DNA of 64,000 nucleotides from Kiritimatiellia bacterium (GTDB taxonomy: Bacteria; Verrucomicrobiota; Kiritimatiellia; RFP12; UBA1067): NCBI GenBank assembly GCA_024405265.1, contig JAKSOZ010000002.1, positions 232-64,231 on the forward strand, in the 5' to 3' direction. The translations under genes and the position numbers were made by a program. The notes under the pieces were generated by a model. It was not told the origin of the DNA, did no database searches, and was given only the letters and a program-made list of their open reading frames with translations. Positions within the stretch are counted from its first letter, which is position 1, and each line of letters opens with the position of its first letter. Below are positions 1 to 9,560 of the stretch, piece after piece.

Positions 1-38
1 AATTTTTGCGGACAGACCCCAAATATTCGCCGGTGAGA

Positions 39-1955
39 TTAAAACAGATATTCGACGAGGGCAATGCCGAACGGTCCGAACTCGAAGGTCACTTCTTCGG
101 CAGCAGTCTTAGGCGTAGGCACATGCACGTCGTGTGAATAGACGACGCGCATATTCGAGACCTTCGCTTTCTCGCGCGGCAAGTTATAAAGCTCGAAGAT
201 TTTGCAAAGTCTAGTCGTGAAAGTCTGAGGTTGATCCGAAGGATTGCGAAGAATCACGATACCTTTGGCGAACTTCTCCCTTCCAAGCCAACTCGCATAG
301 CCGTAAACTTCGCCGGGCGGATTCGCGCCCTCCGCAGCTGCTCGTCCGAAGCAAGGATCTCCGCCGACCCAATGAGTGTCTCTTAAGACGATTTCATTCT
401 TTTTAAGCCATTTCACGCCTTTCGCAAGAATATCCCACCACTCTTCATGCATGAGTTTAGGCGTGATGTAATATTCCTGTAGACCGGTGCCACAGGCGAC
501 TCCCATCCACACTTCATCGGCAAAGTCCCTCGTCGACTCGGGACTATTCGAGATATCCATCGCTGTCGGCGGACCGCCGCGATTGACGATAATTCCGTGC
601 ATCATCATCGAATTAAGCGGGAATAAGGGACTGCGAACGACGAAACGATCATGTATGACATTATCGCGATAAGTGAGCCATTTCTGCCGCGCCGAACCGA
701 CTCCTGCCATTCCGAAGTCGGCTCCGCCTCGCCAAATCGAGTCAGCGTACATTACCCAAAACGGACTCGCCCACGTTCCGACAGTCGCGTTGACGAAAAC
801 ATCCTGTTTCGCTTCGCGCATTTCACCGATAAGACGAACGACGCCGTCGATGTCGCTCGCATGCTCCTTGCCGGCGCCTTCGCAGTCGTGCCCTGAGCCC
901 ATACGATCGAACTTGAAGAGATTCATGTCGTAATCTTTAATCATCTTAATGACACGATCACGAAACGCCGCGTAGCAGGTCGGAATCGAGAGTCTAAGGA
1001 GGTTATCGCTCGGACGAATATAGCCGTGCTCCTTCGCATATTTAAGACGGCCCCCAAAGGCGCGACCGTACCCACCGCAGGGACTCATCCAACAACCGAT
1101 CGAAGCGCCCTTATTGCGGTGAGCTTCTTCGGCATGCTTCTTAAAGCCGTTCGGGAACCCGGGATGGAAATCCCAAAACGAGTTCCAATCGTCCCATCCG
1201 TCATCCCAAAGATAGGAGTTGATGAAAACGCCGCGCTTCGAGAGAGCTTCGCGGAAAGCGACCATCACGCCGAGGGACTCCGCTTCGTCCATGCGCTTCT
1301 TCCAGTCCGGCGTCTCATTTCGCCCGATATTGATATCGTACCACGAATTGTAGTGGGGAAGAACGCGATAAGGATGGGCTCGCTCCGAATTCAAATAGTA
1401 GTGGAAATCGCGACGAAATTGCCCTTCGCGATATTTCCCGATAACGTAAGAAACCAACCACGTCTCATCCGGCTTTATATCGAACCCACGCTCGAGTCTA
1501 GCCGTCACTTTCCCGTTTTCCACAGTCAGCTTCGCAAGCGGATTCTCGACGCCGATATAAGTTCTCACTTCGGGAAACTTAGCGACCGCTCCGTCGGTAA
1601 AGCCCACGCGCTCGCCGGCTCCGCCCGGCGTATAGTCTTTCAGTAACACGAATTCGTCGATTCTAACGGGGACAGTCCCTCTATTGGCGACCTCGATTTG
1701 GATACGCTTATAATTCTTCCCTTCAATCTCGGTTCGACGCGCGACGAGATTTCCGAGCCTTACCGACGCGAATACTCTCGTTTTCGCCGCGCTTCGTTCG
1801 GAGAGTCGAGCCGCCTTCGGGTTAGCCTTTCGAACTACCGACTTCGACGTACCGCCGGGAGCGAGTTCGATATCGCCGAGAGCGGTCTTCACCGTCTCCG
1901 CGCCGCAAATAGCCGCTACAGATAGCGCCAGAACCAATAAAACCGCCTTTTTCAT
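39..1955 (-). CDS. secreted glycoside hydrolase, alpha-galactosidase/melibiase-like (family assignment tentative)
   Basis: Long ORF 39..2015. Start trimmed to ATG 1955 (MKKAVLLVLALSVAAICGAE, signal-peptide-like) because the upstream extension runs into tRNA-Arg. Motifs YLWDDGWDDW and LFKFDRMG resemble clan GH-D TIM-barrel enzymes. Confidence 0.6.
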   Translation of the reverse strand: MKKAVLLVLALSVAAICGAETVKTALGDIELAPGGTSKSVVRKANPKAARLSERSAAKTRVFASVRLGNLVARRTEIEGKNYKRIQIEVANRGTVPVRIDEFVLLKDYTPGGAGERVGFTDGAVAKFPEVRTYIGVENPLAKLTVENGKVTARLERGFDIKPDETWLVSYVIGKYREGQFRRDFHYYLNSERAHPYRVLPHYNSWYDINIGRNETPDWKKRMDEAESLGVMVAFREALSKRGVFINSYLWDDGWDDWNSFWDFHPGFPNGFKKHAEEAHRNKGASIGCWMSPCGGYGRAFGGRLKYAKEHGYIRPSDNLLRLSIPTCYAAFRDRVIKMIKDYDMNLFKFDRMGSGHDCEGAGKEHASDIDGVVRLIGEMREAKQDVFVNATVGTWASPFWVMYADSIWRGGADFGMAGVGSARQKWLTYRDNVIHDRFVVRSPLFPLNSMMMHGIIVNRGGPPTAMDISNSPESTRDFADEVWMGVACGTGLQEYYITPKLMHEEWWDILAKGVKWLKKNEIVLRDTHWVGGDPCFGRAAAEGANPPGEVYGYASWLGREKFAKGIVILRNPSDQPQTFTTRLCKIFELYNLPREKAKVSNMRVVYSHDVHVPTPKTAAEEVTFEFGPFGIALVEYLF

Positions 1956-1985
1956 AAATTTTATCCGGTCATCCTTCGCAAAGGC

Positions 1986-2062
1986 TGGTGGGACTGGGGA
2001 GAATCGAACTCCCAACCTACGGTTTAGGAAACCGTCGCTCTGTCCAGTTGAGCTACAATCCC
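1986..2062 (-). tRNA. tRNA-Arg (anticodon CCT), CCA encoded
   Basis: Reverse complement GGGATTG TA GCTC AACTGGACA GAGC G ACGGT TTCCTAA ACCGT AGGTT GGGAG TTCGATT CTCCC CAGTCCC ACCA. All four stems pair, the T-loop is TTCGATT, and the anticodon loop TTCCTAA gives CCT. Length 77 nt. Confidence 0.93.
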
Positions 2063-2076
2063 GAAAGCTGAAAAAC

Positions 2077-3765
2077 TTAATTGACTGATATTATATCATA
2101 TTTCAGACGCGAAATGTCAGCGTCGGACAAAATAAATATCGCGTCCGAAGCGCCGATCATCGCGTAGCGCCCGCCGGGAGCGGCAGCTCCGATAAGGAGA
2201 TTGCTCCTAGGCTCGTCCGAAAAATGATCAATCGAAACGACAAGATACGGATTGTCAAAACCGAAAGCCTTGAATTCGGACGCGGGCGACTTAAGCGTCA
2301 CGATCTCAAGCGCGTCCAAGGACGCGAGCGCCGACAAAAGCGACTTCAGCGCTTCGAGATTAACCTTCGAATTCGAATTCACCGCCTCGACGCTCCAGGC
2401 GTCGCGGGAAGCATCGTAAACGACCGAAGAGACGATCGGCGAAACGAATCCGCTCGTCACGACGCGCTTGATCGAAGAAAGCGGGAACTCCGCGATTCTC
2501 TTCGAACGGAGCGAACGCGGCTCAACGACCGAGAACAACTCGAAGCGCGGCACTTCTTCAATTTCACCGTTTACCGCGACCTTGACTCTAAGCTCCGTCT
2601 CATCGAACGCGCGGTCAATCATAACCGAAGTCAAATAACCGAGCAACTTCTTAACGTTTTCGGGGTCGGCCGCCGCATTGATCGGAGATTTAAGCCTCCA
2701 AACCGAATTCGAATCGAGCTCCAACGAATAAGTCGTGTCCGAGTCCTTAAACGAGACCGTCGTTATACGGCTCTGCTCAAACGGGAAAGCGCGATTATCG
2801 ACGATCTTATCGATCTCGAGATTAAGCTTTTCACGAAGCGACGAAGGAATCTTCACGATCGTGCGCCCGAGATCGATCAGCGCATATACCGAGTCGCCTT
2901 CCGCAGCCTTCTTACCGATCAAGAAACGTCTTTCGCGCCCGTCATTCGAACCGATGGTGATCTTGATGGCATGATCGTCATCAAGCTCATAACTGGCGAG
3001 GACCGTAGCGGGAATATCGCGAGAGGCATCGGCAACGTCGTTCGGCCAAATATAATCGACGGCTTCAAGATCGGTAAGCGACGTCAAAAGCTCACCGACC
3101 CAGCGTAGCGAAGCGCGCTGACCTCCCGGTAGCGACCAATGACCGGTCCCGACGCGCGACAACGAAAGATAAGGCTCCAAGCCCTTCTTGATATCGATGG
3201 CGCGAATATTCTCCTTCTCTTCAACTACGATTCGCTTATCGCGAAACGCTTTCGACGGACGATCCACTATTTCCCAAAGCGAGAGCGGCGCGACGAACAC
3301 TTTCGGAATTTCGTCAACCGCAACATACACCCCGTCTCCCGTCGGCGTAAGCGAGCCGAAATCGAGCTTGTGCGAAGAATCGTCGCCGGATATCTTAAGC
3401 GTGATAAGCGGCTTATCAAGATTGAAGTCCGACCTTTCGCGACCAAGGCGCAATAGCTCCGCGTCACTTAACGAAACGCTGTAATTCGTAATCGTCAAAG
3501 CATCGATCAATTTCGCGATTTCGCGTTCGTCGGCGTTGCCAACGGCCGGGCTCATATTAAGCCACTTGCCCTCCTTTTCGACGAGATGAACCGACGTACC
3601 CGCGCGAGAAATCTCGATCTCGTTATAGTCATCCGCTAACGGAATAAGCGCGTCCGAAAGTGAAATCAGCCCGTTATCTACGGAACGGATATCAAGAAAC
3701 AGATTAAGCGCCGCGACGACGACGATACCGACAATCAAGTAGACGATCGCGCGAGAATTACTCAT
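2077..3765 (-). CDS. DUF4340-like protein (partner of GldG-type ABC systems), N-terminal membrane anchor
   Basis: ORF 2077..3894 trimmed to ATG 3765 (MSNSRAIVYLIVGIVVVAALNLF), which overlaps the upstream stop as ATGA. Position directly after a GldG-like gene is typical of DUF4340. Assignment rests on recall of the family, not a search. Confidence 0.6.
   Translation of the reverse strand: MSNSRAIVYLIVGIVVVAALNLFLDIRSVDNGLISLSDALIPLADDYNEIEISRAGTSVHLVEKEGKWLNMSPAVGNADEREIAKLIDALTITNYSVSLSDAELLRLGRERSDFNLDKPLITLKISGDDSSHKLDFGSLTPTGDGVYVAVDEIPKVFVAPLSLWEIVDRPSKAFRDKRIVVEEKENIRAIDIKKGLEPYLSLSRVGTGHWSLPGGQRASLRWVGELLTSLTDLEAVDYIWPNDVADASRDIPATVLASYELDDDHAIKITIGSNDGRERRFLIGKKAAEGDSVYALIDLGRTIVKIPSSLREKLNLEIDKIVDNRAFPFEQSRITTVSFKDSDTTYSLELDSNSVWRLKSPINAAADPENVKKLLGYLTSVMIDRAFDETELRVKVAVNGEIEEVPRFELFSVVEPRSLRSKRIAEFPLSSIKRVVTSGFVSPIVSSVVYDASRDAWSVEAVNSNSKVNLEALKSLLSALASLDALEIVTLKSPASEFKAFGFDNPYLVVSIDHFSDEPRSNLLIGAAAPGGRYAMIGASDAIFILSDADISRLKYDIISVN
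2090..2103 (-). promoter_or_regulatory. extended -10 promoter box AAATATGATATAAT upstream of tRNA-Arg
   Basis: Minus-strand AAATATGATATAAT, with TATAAT at 2095..2090, about 28 nt upstream of the tRNA 5' end (2062). The box lies within the last 8 codons (KYDIISVN*) of the DUF4340 gene. Confidence 0.5.
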
Positions 3766-5825
3766 TGACGATGCCTCCGACGAAAAACGACAAGCACCAA
3801 GAAAAGAAAGATCGCGCTCGGGATCAGGAAAGAACCCGCGAGCGTGAAAATCACGCGAGAATGACGATCGAAACCGGTTGAGAGCTGATTCCATTCTCTT
3901 CCACTACCGGTAACCGCGTCAATCCCCGACAAGAACGAGACCACGTTAAGGAAGAAGTCACGATTCGCGTTCTGACGCAGACGAAGCTGGCCGTTCAAAA
4001 CGAACGAAGGATCTCCGATTACCACCAAGCGCGTCGGACGAATAGCCAGATCTTCGCCGAGCATAGCGCCGCGTTCGACGGACGCGACGACCGTTCGTCC
4101 CCCGACGGAAGCGATCGAAGAGAATTCAAGCGCGTCCGCCGCGTTAGAGAGCGTGGTCGCGGCAGAAGCGGTAAAAACCAGCGGACGCTCGAGTATCAAC
4201 TGAGTTCCTTTAAGCAAATTCGCGGCGACGTGATCGGAGAAGTCGCTTACGATAACGTCACTACCCGAGAGAGTGCGCACGTCGGTAAAGTTAGCGCGCG
4301 CGGCGTTAACGCCCCACTGAGGCAAGAGCGAGTTTATTCCACCCTCTTTAGGATTATCCATCATCACTAGGACACGTCCGCCCTGCTTCAAATAAGCGTC
4401 GATTCGCTTCGATTCGATCGCCGAGAAATCGGTCTTCGCGCCGGCGATAACGACGACCGCGCAATCGGAGGGAACGTTCGCTTCGGTAGCCAAATCAAGT
4501 TCCCGACAACGATATCCGTCACGGGCAAGATCATGAGAGATATCGCTCATGCCCCAGTGACCGTAATCGATTAACGAAAATTCGCCATGGCCGATCGTCC
4601 AATAAACGGTTCGACGCTGAACGGGCGTCGTCAGCCTCATGATCGCCGAAGCCGCGCGGCGCTCATCGACGCCGCCGATAAGCGGCAACTCGACGAAAGA
4701 ACGCGAAGACTCGAAAACGACGCTCGCTTCTTTCGCGCCCGCGCGGACGAGTCGCTCGGAAGCGCCGATATCCCAAGTCGGATCGACATATCGTAGCGTA
4801 AGTCTAAGACCGCCGAGCGCGTCGGCTTCGGCCTTTAGCGCACGCATCAACTGGGAGATTTCACGGAATTTGGTCTCTCTACGCGACATGAACGCGGTAA
4901 TCGTGATATCACCGCGAGCCTCGGTCAAAACGCTCTTCGTACGCGAGGAGAAGCGCGATTCACCTGAAAGCGGAATATCAACGACGAAATTAAGGCGAAG
5001 CGCCAATACGACCGACATAGCGCATAAAACGCAAGCGAGCAATATCGTCAACACCGTCGAAAAACGAGCGCTGAAAGAGCCCTTCCCTTTGAAACGAATA
5101 TACTGAATCGACTTAAGCGAGACGAAAAGCATCAGCGCCGTCGCAAGCAAATAGGAAACAATCGTGCCGCAGCGGAACATACCGGAGGACATGTCGAGGA
5201 CATGCGCGTCGAAAGGCATTTCGCCGAAACCGACATTACCGGAGTTATACCACTTAGTCATCGCGACCCAAGCTACGCGCGGCAGCGCCACGAGAACCGT
5301 CAGCGACGCGCAAGCCGCCGCAGCGGCATGGCAGAAGAACGCGCTCATCGCGACCGAAACCGCCGACCAAAGCGCGCCCTGAAGCGCGAGCGCGAAAAAG
5401 GCCGGAAAGAAGTCGATCACGCGCGAAGACGAAAGCGCTATCGGAGCGAAATGATTAAGCTCCAAGCACGAGACGATCGCCGAGAGTACGATCGTAAGCA
5501 TCGTCATCGTGAAAACGCCGAGATATTTACCTAAAACGTAATCCCATTCCGATACCGGGGTCGAAAGCAAGATTTCGATTCGTCCGCTCGAACGCTCTGA
5601 ACTCCAGACGTCCATCGCCAAAAACGCCGCGAGGACCGGTAAAACGGGCGAGACGGAAACGGCCCAAATCGAAGAAATAAGCATTCGTCCACCTTCCGCG
5701 CTCTCAAGATTGAACGCGAAAAGAACGGCAGAGGCGGCCAAAAAGCCTCCGATCGCGAGCGCCGTCGAATAAAAGCCGCGCGCCATTCCGATCGTGCGAC
5801 GCCAAGTGATAGTCATCGCGCTCAT
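3762..5825 (-). CDS. ABC-2 type permease fused to GldG-like ABC-transport auxiliary domain
   Basis: 687 aa. The N-terminal ~270 aa are multi-pass hydrophobic (ABC-2 permease-like). The remainder is a soluble GldG-like domain ending in a C-terminal TM segment (FLIPSAIFLFLVLVVF). 4-nt overlaps with both neighbours. Confidence 0.65.
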   Translation of the reverse strand: MSAMTITWRRTIGMARGFYSTALAIGGFLAASAVLFAFNLESAEGGRMLISSIWAVSVSPVLPVLAAFLAMDVWSSERSSGRIEILLSTPVSEWDYVLGKYLGVFTMTMLTIVLSAIVSCLELNHFAPIALSSSRVIDFFPAFFALALQGALWSAVSVAMSAFFCHAAAAACASLTVLVALPRVAWVAMTKWYNSGNVGFGEMPFDAHVLDMSSGMFRCGTIVSYLLATALMLFVSLKSIQYIRFKGKGSFSARFSTVLTILLACVLCAMSVVLALRLNFVVDIPLSGESRFSSRTKSVLTEARGDITITAFMSRRETKFREISQLMRALKAEADALGGLRLTLRYVDPTWDIGASERLVRAGAKEASVVFESSRSFVELPLIGGVDERRAASAIMRLTTPVQRRTVYWTIGHGEFSLIDYGHWGMSDISHDLARDGYRCRELDLATEANVPSDCAVVVIAGAKTDFSAIESKRIDAYLKQGGRVLVMMDNPKEGGINSLLPQWGVNAARANFTDVRTLSGSDVIVSDFSDHVAANLLKGTQLILERPLVFTASAATTLSNAADALEFSSIASVGGRTVVASVERGAMLGEDLAIRPTRLVVIGDPSFVLNGQLRLRQNANRDFFLNVVSFLSGIDAVTGSGREWNQLSTGFDRHSRVIFTLAGSFLIPSAIFLFLVLVVFRRRHRQ

Positions 5826-6532
5826 TTAAGGCTCCCTTTGATAAGACCGTCGATACGAGTTTTCAGAGCGGACGTTTCCACGCCCGCCGTCGGGACTTCC
5901 GCTTCGATTATGCCGTCTTTCAAGATCAAGAATCGCGTCGTCCAAGCGGCCATATCTTCAAGATCGTGCCCGGTAACGATAACCGAAGAAAACGCGGCAA
6001 CGGTATGCAGAATTTCGCCAGCGGCCGCGCGCATCGTACAATCAAGCCCGGCCAGGAAATCATCGAGCAAGAGCACTCTCGGACGCAGCAACATCGCGTC
6101 GGCAAGCTGCACGCGCTTTTTCATTCCCCAGGAAAGCTTGCGAATCGGGGTTTTCATGAAGTCTCTAACGCGGCACATCTCGGAAGCTTCTTCGACGCGA
6201 CGACGGATTCGCTTGTCCATTTCGCCCTTGATCGAAGCGCGATAATGAAGATACTCGCTAACGCTCATGTCTTCGTAGAGAGCGGGAGTCTCAGGCAAAT
6301 AGCCTAGCGAACGACGATATTTAAGCTGATCCGAAAAAGCGTCATGCCCATCGAAAATGACATTTCCGCCGTCGGGCATCGCGAGCGTCGACAGAACCTT
6401 CAAGAGCGTCGTCTTACCCGCTCCGTTCGCTCCGACGATACTCACGACTTCGCCGGGAGACACGACGAAAGACACGTTTCTCAAAACCGTGCGTTCTCTA
6501 TAAGCGAAACGAAGATTGCGGATTTCAAGCAT
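5822..6532 (-). CDS. ABC transporter ATP-binding protein
   Basis: Walker A GANGAGKTT, signature-like LSWGMKKR, Walker B VLLLDD. 236 aa. Confidence 0.87.
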   Translation of the reverse strand: MLEIRNLRFAYRERTVLRNVSFVVSPGEVVSIVGANGAGKTTLLKVLSTLAMPDGGNVIFDGHDAFSDQLKYRRSLGYLPETPALYEDMSVSEYLHYRASIKGEMDKRIRRRVEEASEMCRVRDFMKTPIRKLSWGMKKRVQLADAMLLRPRVLLLDDFLAGLDCTMRAAAGEILHTVAAFSSVIVTGHDLEDMAAWTTRFLILKDGIIEAEVPTAGVETSALKTRIDGLIKGSLK

Positions 6533-7626
6533 TAGAGTATCGCTCCGAGATTCATGGAATGAGACGCTTTCAAAAGCACATTATCACCCGACTTCAAAAT
6601 CGAAGGAAGCGCCGCTTTCAGTTCTTCGACGGTTTCAAAGCTCGCGCAAGCGCGGCATTTCGAACTCGTCTTACCTACGGCGAGAACCATATCGAGACCA
6701 AGCGTCGAAGCGAAGTCGAAGACTTCTTTATGAAGTGCTTCCGAAGTTTCGCCGAGCTCGAACATATCGCCTAAAATCGCAATTTTACGCCCTTCAAGCG
6801 TAGCGAAAGTCTTCAAGGCCGCCTTCATCGAATCGGGATTCGCATTATACGTATCGTCGATGAACTTAACGCCATTGAGTTCCGACTTTCGCCAACGAGC
6901 TCCGGGAAGCGCGAAATTCTCCAGCGCCGAAACCGCTTTCTCGGGAGTAAGCGCGAAGGCCTCGGCTACCGCAAAAGCGAGCGCGGCATTCTTCAAGTTA
7001 TGTTCTCCGGGAAGAACCTTCGACATCGCCTCTTTCAGCCACGCAGGAGCGGGACCGACCGACCCCGGCAACAAATCCGAGTCGCTATGAGAAAACGAAA
7101 GCGCCGCGCGTTTAAGAAGCGTCCCCTTTTCCTCGGCGATTCCCTCACGAGTCTTGAAAAATTCGAGGTGAGCGGAGCCGACGTTCGTGACGACGCCCAC
7201 GTCAGGGAGCGCGATATCACAGAGCGCGGCGATTTCACCGGGATGATTGGAGCCCATTTCGACCACGAGGAAATCAGCGTCCTTCGGGCAGTTGAGAATC
7301 GTGATCGGCAGGCCGATATGATTATTGAAATTACCTTCGGTCGCGTAAGTCGAGCCCAACTGCGAGAGGAACGCTTTCAAAAGCTCTTTCGTGGTCGTCT
7401 TACCGGCGGAACCGGTTACTCCGACGACCTTCGCTTTAAGCGTCTTTCGATATTCGAGAGCGACGCGCTTGAGCTCCTCCAGTCCGTCAACGATCCCCGC
7501 GGCACCCTTTTCGAGCGCCTTCGGGATATAGTCGTGACCGTCGACCTTCTCGCCTTTAAGGGCGACGAAGAGCATGCCGGGCATAACCTGCCGGCTATCG
7601 AACGTAGCTCCCTTGAAATCGATCAA
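6532..7626 (-). CDS. murF: UDP-N-acetylmuramoyl-tripeptide--D-alanyl-D-alanine ligase (compact MurF)
   Basis: FDSRQVMPGMLFVALKGEKVDGHDY, Mur-ligase P-loop VTGSAGKTTTKE, and C-terminal ILGDMFELGE. 364 aa, shorter than E. coli MurF. Confidence 0.75.
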   Translation of the reverse strand: MIDFKGATFDSRQVMPGMLFVALKGEKVDGHDYIPKALEKGAAGIVDGLEELKRVALEYRKTLKAKVVGVTGSAGKTTTKELLKAFLSQLGSTYATEGNFNNHIGLPITILNCPKDADFLVVEMGSNHPGEIAALCDIALPDVGVVTNVGSAHLEFFKTREGIAEEKGTLLKRAALSFSHSDSDLLPGSVGPAPAWLKEAMSKVLPGEHNLKNAALAFAVAEAFALTPEKAVSALENFALPGARWRKSELNGVKFIDDTYNANPDSMKAALKTFATLEGRKIAILGDMFELGETSEALHKEVFDFASTLGLDMVLAVGKTSSKCRACASFETVEELKAALPSILKSGDNVLLKASHSMNLGAIL

Positions 7627-8402
7627 GCAACGCCTCGCTTGGAGTTACGATAGAACGCGACGAGGCGCTTGATTTCAGGAAGCTGTTCGACGTCGTTTTC
7701 GACGCGATCGAGCGCCTGCGAACGATTCATGCCTTCGCGATAGAGGAAGCGATGAGCATCCTTAAGCGCGCTGATCGTTTCGCGGCTGACCCCACGACGA
7801 GTAAGGCCGACCACGTTAACGCCGATTACCTTACAAGCGCCTTCGACCATGTCGCAAAGCATGTAGGGCGGGATATCCTGACGGATCTTGGTAAGACCGC
7901 CGACCATCGCGTGAGTGCCGACCGTGCAGAACTGATGGGAGCCGGTGCATCCTCCGACGATCGCGTAATCCTCGAGATGAACGTCGCCCGCGAGCTGAAC
8001 CGAGTTCGAGCAAATACAGTGATTTCCGAGAATTACGCCATGAGCCGCGTGGCAGTAGCACATAAACAAGCAATCATCTCCGATAATCGTCTTTTCACCA
8101 TCAGCCGTACCGAGGTGAACGGTCGCGAATTCTCGGATAACCGTACGATTACCGATTTCAACGTAAGAAACGGAACCGTCTTGATACTTGAGGTCCTGAG
8201 TCTTCATGCCAATAAGCGCATAGGGGAAAATCTGGCACTGCGAGCCGATCGTCGTGTGACCGTCGATTATGGCTCCCTGCTTGATGATCGTGCCGTCACC
8301 GATCTTGACGTTCGCGCCGATATGAGCGTAAGGGCCTACTTCAACATCCGCGCCAAGAACGGCGCCGTCTTCAATTATCGCTGTAGGATGGATTAACGAC
8401 AT
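7623..8402 (-). CDS. lpxA: acyl-ACP--UDP-GlcNAc O-acyltransferase
   Basis: Left-handed beta-helix hexapeptide repeats (IHPTAIIEDGAVLGADVEVGPYAHIGANVKIGDGT) plus the LpxA-type helical C-terminus (GLTRRGVSRETISALKDAHRFLY). Confidence 0.9.
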   Translation of the reverse strand: MSLIHPTAIIEDGAVLGADVEVGPYAHIGANVKIGDGTIIKQGAIIDGHTTIGSQCQIFPYALIGMKTQDLKYQDGSVSYVEIGNRTVIREFATVHLGTADGEKTIIGDDCLFMCYCHAAHGVILGNHCICSNSVQLAGDVHLEDYAIVGGCTGSHQFCTVGTHAMVGGLTKIRQDIPPYMLCDMVEGACKVIGVNVVGLTRRGVSRETISALKDAHRFLYREGMNRSQALDRVENDVEQLPEIKRLVAFYRNSKRGVA

Positions 8403-8417
8403 AATATTTCCCTTTCT

Positions 8418-9560
8418 TTAAAGATGCTTGCGAATGAACTTAGCCGAAAGCACGAAACATACGACTACCGGCAACCAAATCAAAACATGAGGATGCGCAG
8501 CGCTGCTCTTTTCGAGCGAGAGCATCAAAATGATCACCATATAGTATCCGAGCGCGACGGCGAGCGAAATCGCCATACCGATCGAGCTCTCTTTACGCTG
8601 AGAACGAATACCGAGCGGGATTCCGATCAAGACGAAGCAGATCGACGCCATAGCGAAAACGAAGCGCTTATTGAACTCGACCAAGGTCTGAGTTCGCTCG
8701 GCAACGAGCATCTTACGACGAAGCTCAACGCCTTCAGGAGAGTCCTCCGTCGAGACTTCGGCGCCATCCTCCAGGCGATCGATTTCATCGCTCAGCTCGC
8801 CGGCGCGACTCAGAATCTCAACCGTTCGGAAGTCTTTGATCTTTCGATTGTACGTTTTCTCTTTGATAACCCCTTTAAGCGTATACGTAAAGCGACCGAA
8901 TCTCGCCATCGTACGATGCTCTTCATCAAGCGGATCGATAGTCATCTGATAAAGGTCGAGATTCACGTCCGAGCCGTCTTGAATCACCAACGCTTTCGCC
9001 GCGGTTATCATACGATCGAACTTCGGGTTAGAATAATCGAAGACGATAAGATCGTAGAGCCAATTACCCTCTTTCGAACCGAAATAAATCTTCGCCTTGG
9101 GGAAATCGTTAATCACGCGTCCGGGCTCGAGAACGCTAAGTCCGGTATTGACGGAAATGCCGGACTTTAGAGTGCGCCGGACTTCATGACCGCGCGGCAC
9201 GATCTCGTTATTGATCAGAAAGCCGATCAACGTACAGAACACGGCGAAAACGAACGGCCACTTCATCACCGACATGAGATTTATACCGCAAGCTTTCATC
9301 GCGGCGATTTCGCTATCGGCGGAAAGACGCGAGAACACCAAGACCGACGCGACCAAAAGCGCGAGCGGCATCGACCACTGAAGCGTCTCGGGAAGACTCA
9401 CGAGGCAGAACTTACCGACCAACGAAGCCTCGACGCCGTCCAAGATAAAGCTGATGATCTGAACCAAAAGTCCGATCGTCAGCACGAACGACAAGACGAG
9501 AAACGCGAGCACGAAACTCGAGAGGAACGACCCGAAAACGTATTTGTCGATGGTTCTCAC
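8418..9560 (-). CDS. LptF/LptG family LPS export permease
   Basis: 380 aa YjgP/YjgQ-type architecture: 3 TM segments, a periplasmic beta-jellyroll-sized insert, then 3 TM segments. N-terminus MRTIDKYVFGSFLSSF. Cannot distinguish LptF from LptG. Confidence 0.8.
   Translation of the reverse strand: MRTIDKYVFGSFLSSFVLAFLVLSFVLTIGLLVQIISFILDGVEASLVGKFCLVSLPETLQWSMPLALLVASVLVFSRLSADSEIAAMKACGINLMSVMKWPFVFAVFCTLIGFLINNEIVPRGHEVRRTLKSGISVNTGLSVLEPGRVINDFPKAKIYFGSKEGNWLYDLIVFDYSNPKFDRMITAAKALVIQDGSDVNLDLYQMTIDPLDEEHRTMARFGRFTYTLKGVIKEKTYNRKIKDFRTVEILSRAGELSDEIDRLEDGAEVSTEDSPEGVELRRKMLVAERTQTLVEFNKRFVFAMASICFVLIGIPLGIRSQRKESSIGMAISLAVALGYYMVIILMLSLEKSSAAHPHVLIWLPVVVCFVLSAKFIRKHL

Noticed and set aside
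1956-2015. N-terminal extension of the glycosidase ORF (MGVRFSPVPPAFAKDDRIKF).
   Set aside because: It overlaps the tRNA-Arg gene. The internal Met at 1955 starts a canonical signal peptide. Similar track extensions were trimmed for nusA, argH, the GH2 gene, the PpiC gene, CANSDH, the methyltransferase gene, the DUF4340 gene and the 43639 hypothetical gene.
1986-2062. tRNA-Arg as an integration site of a genomic island or prophage.
   Set aside because: There is no integrase, no direct repeat of the tRNA 3' end, and no compositional break that I could see. The flanking genes are an ordinary glycosidase and an ABC module.
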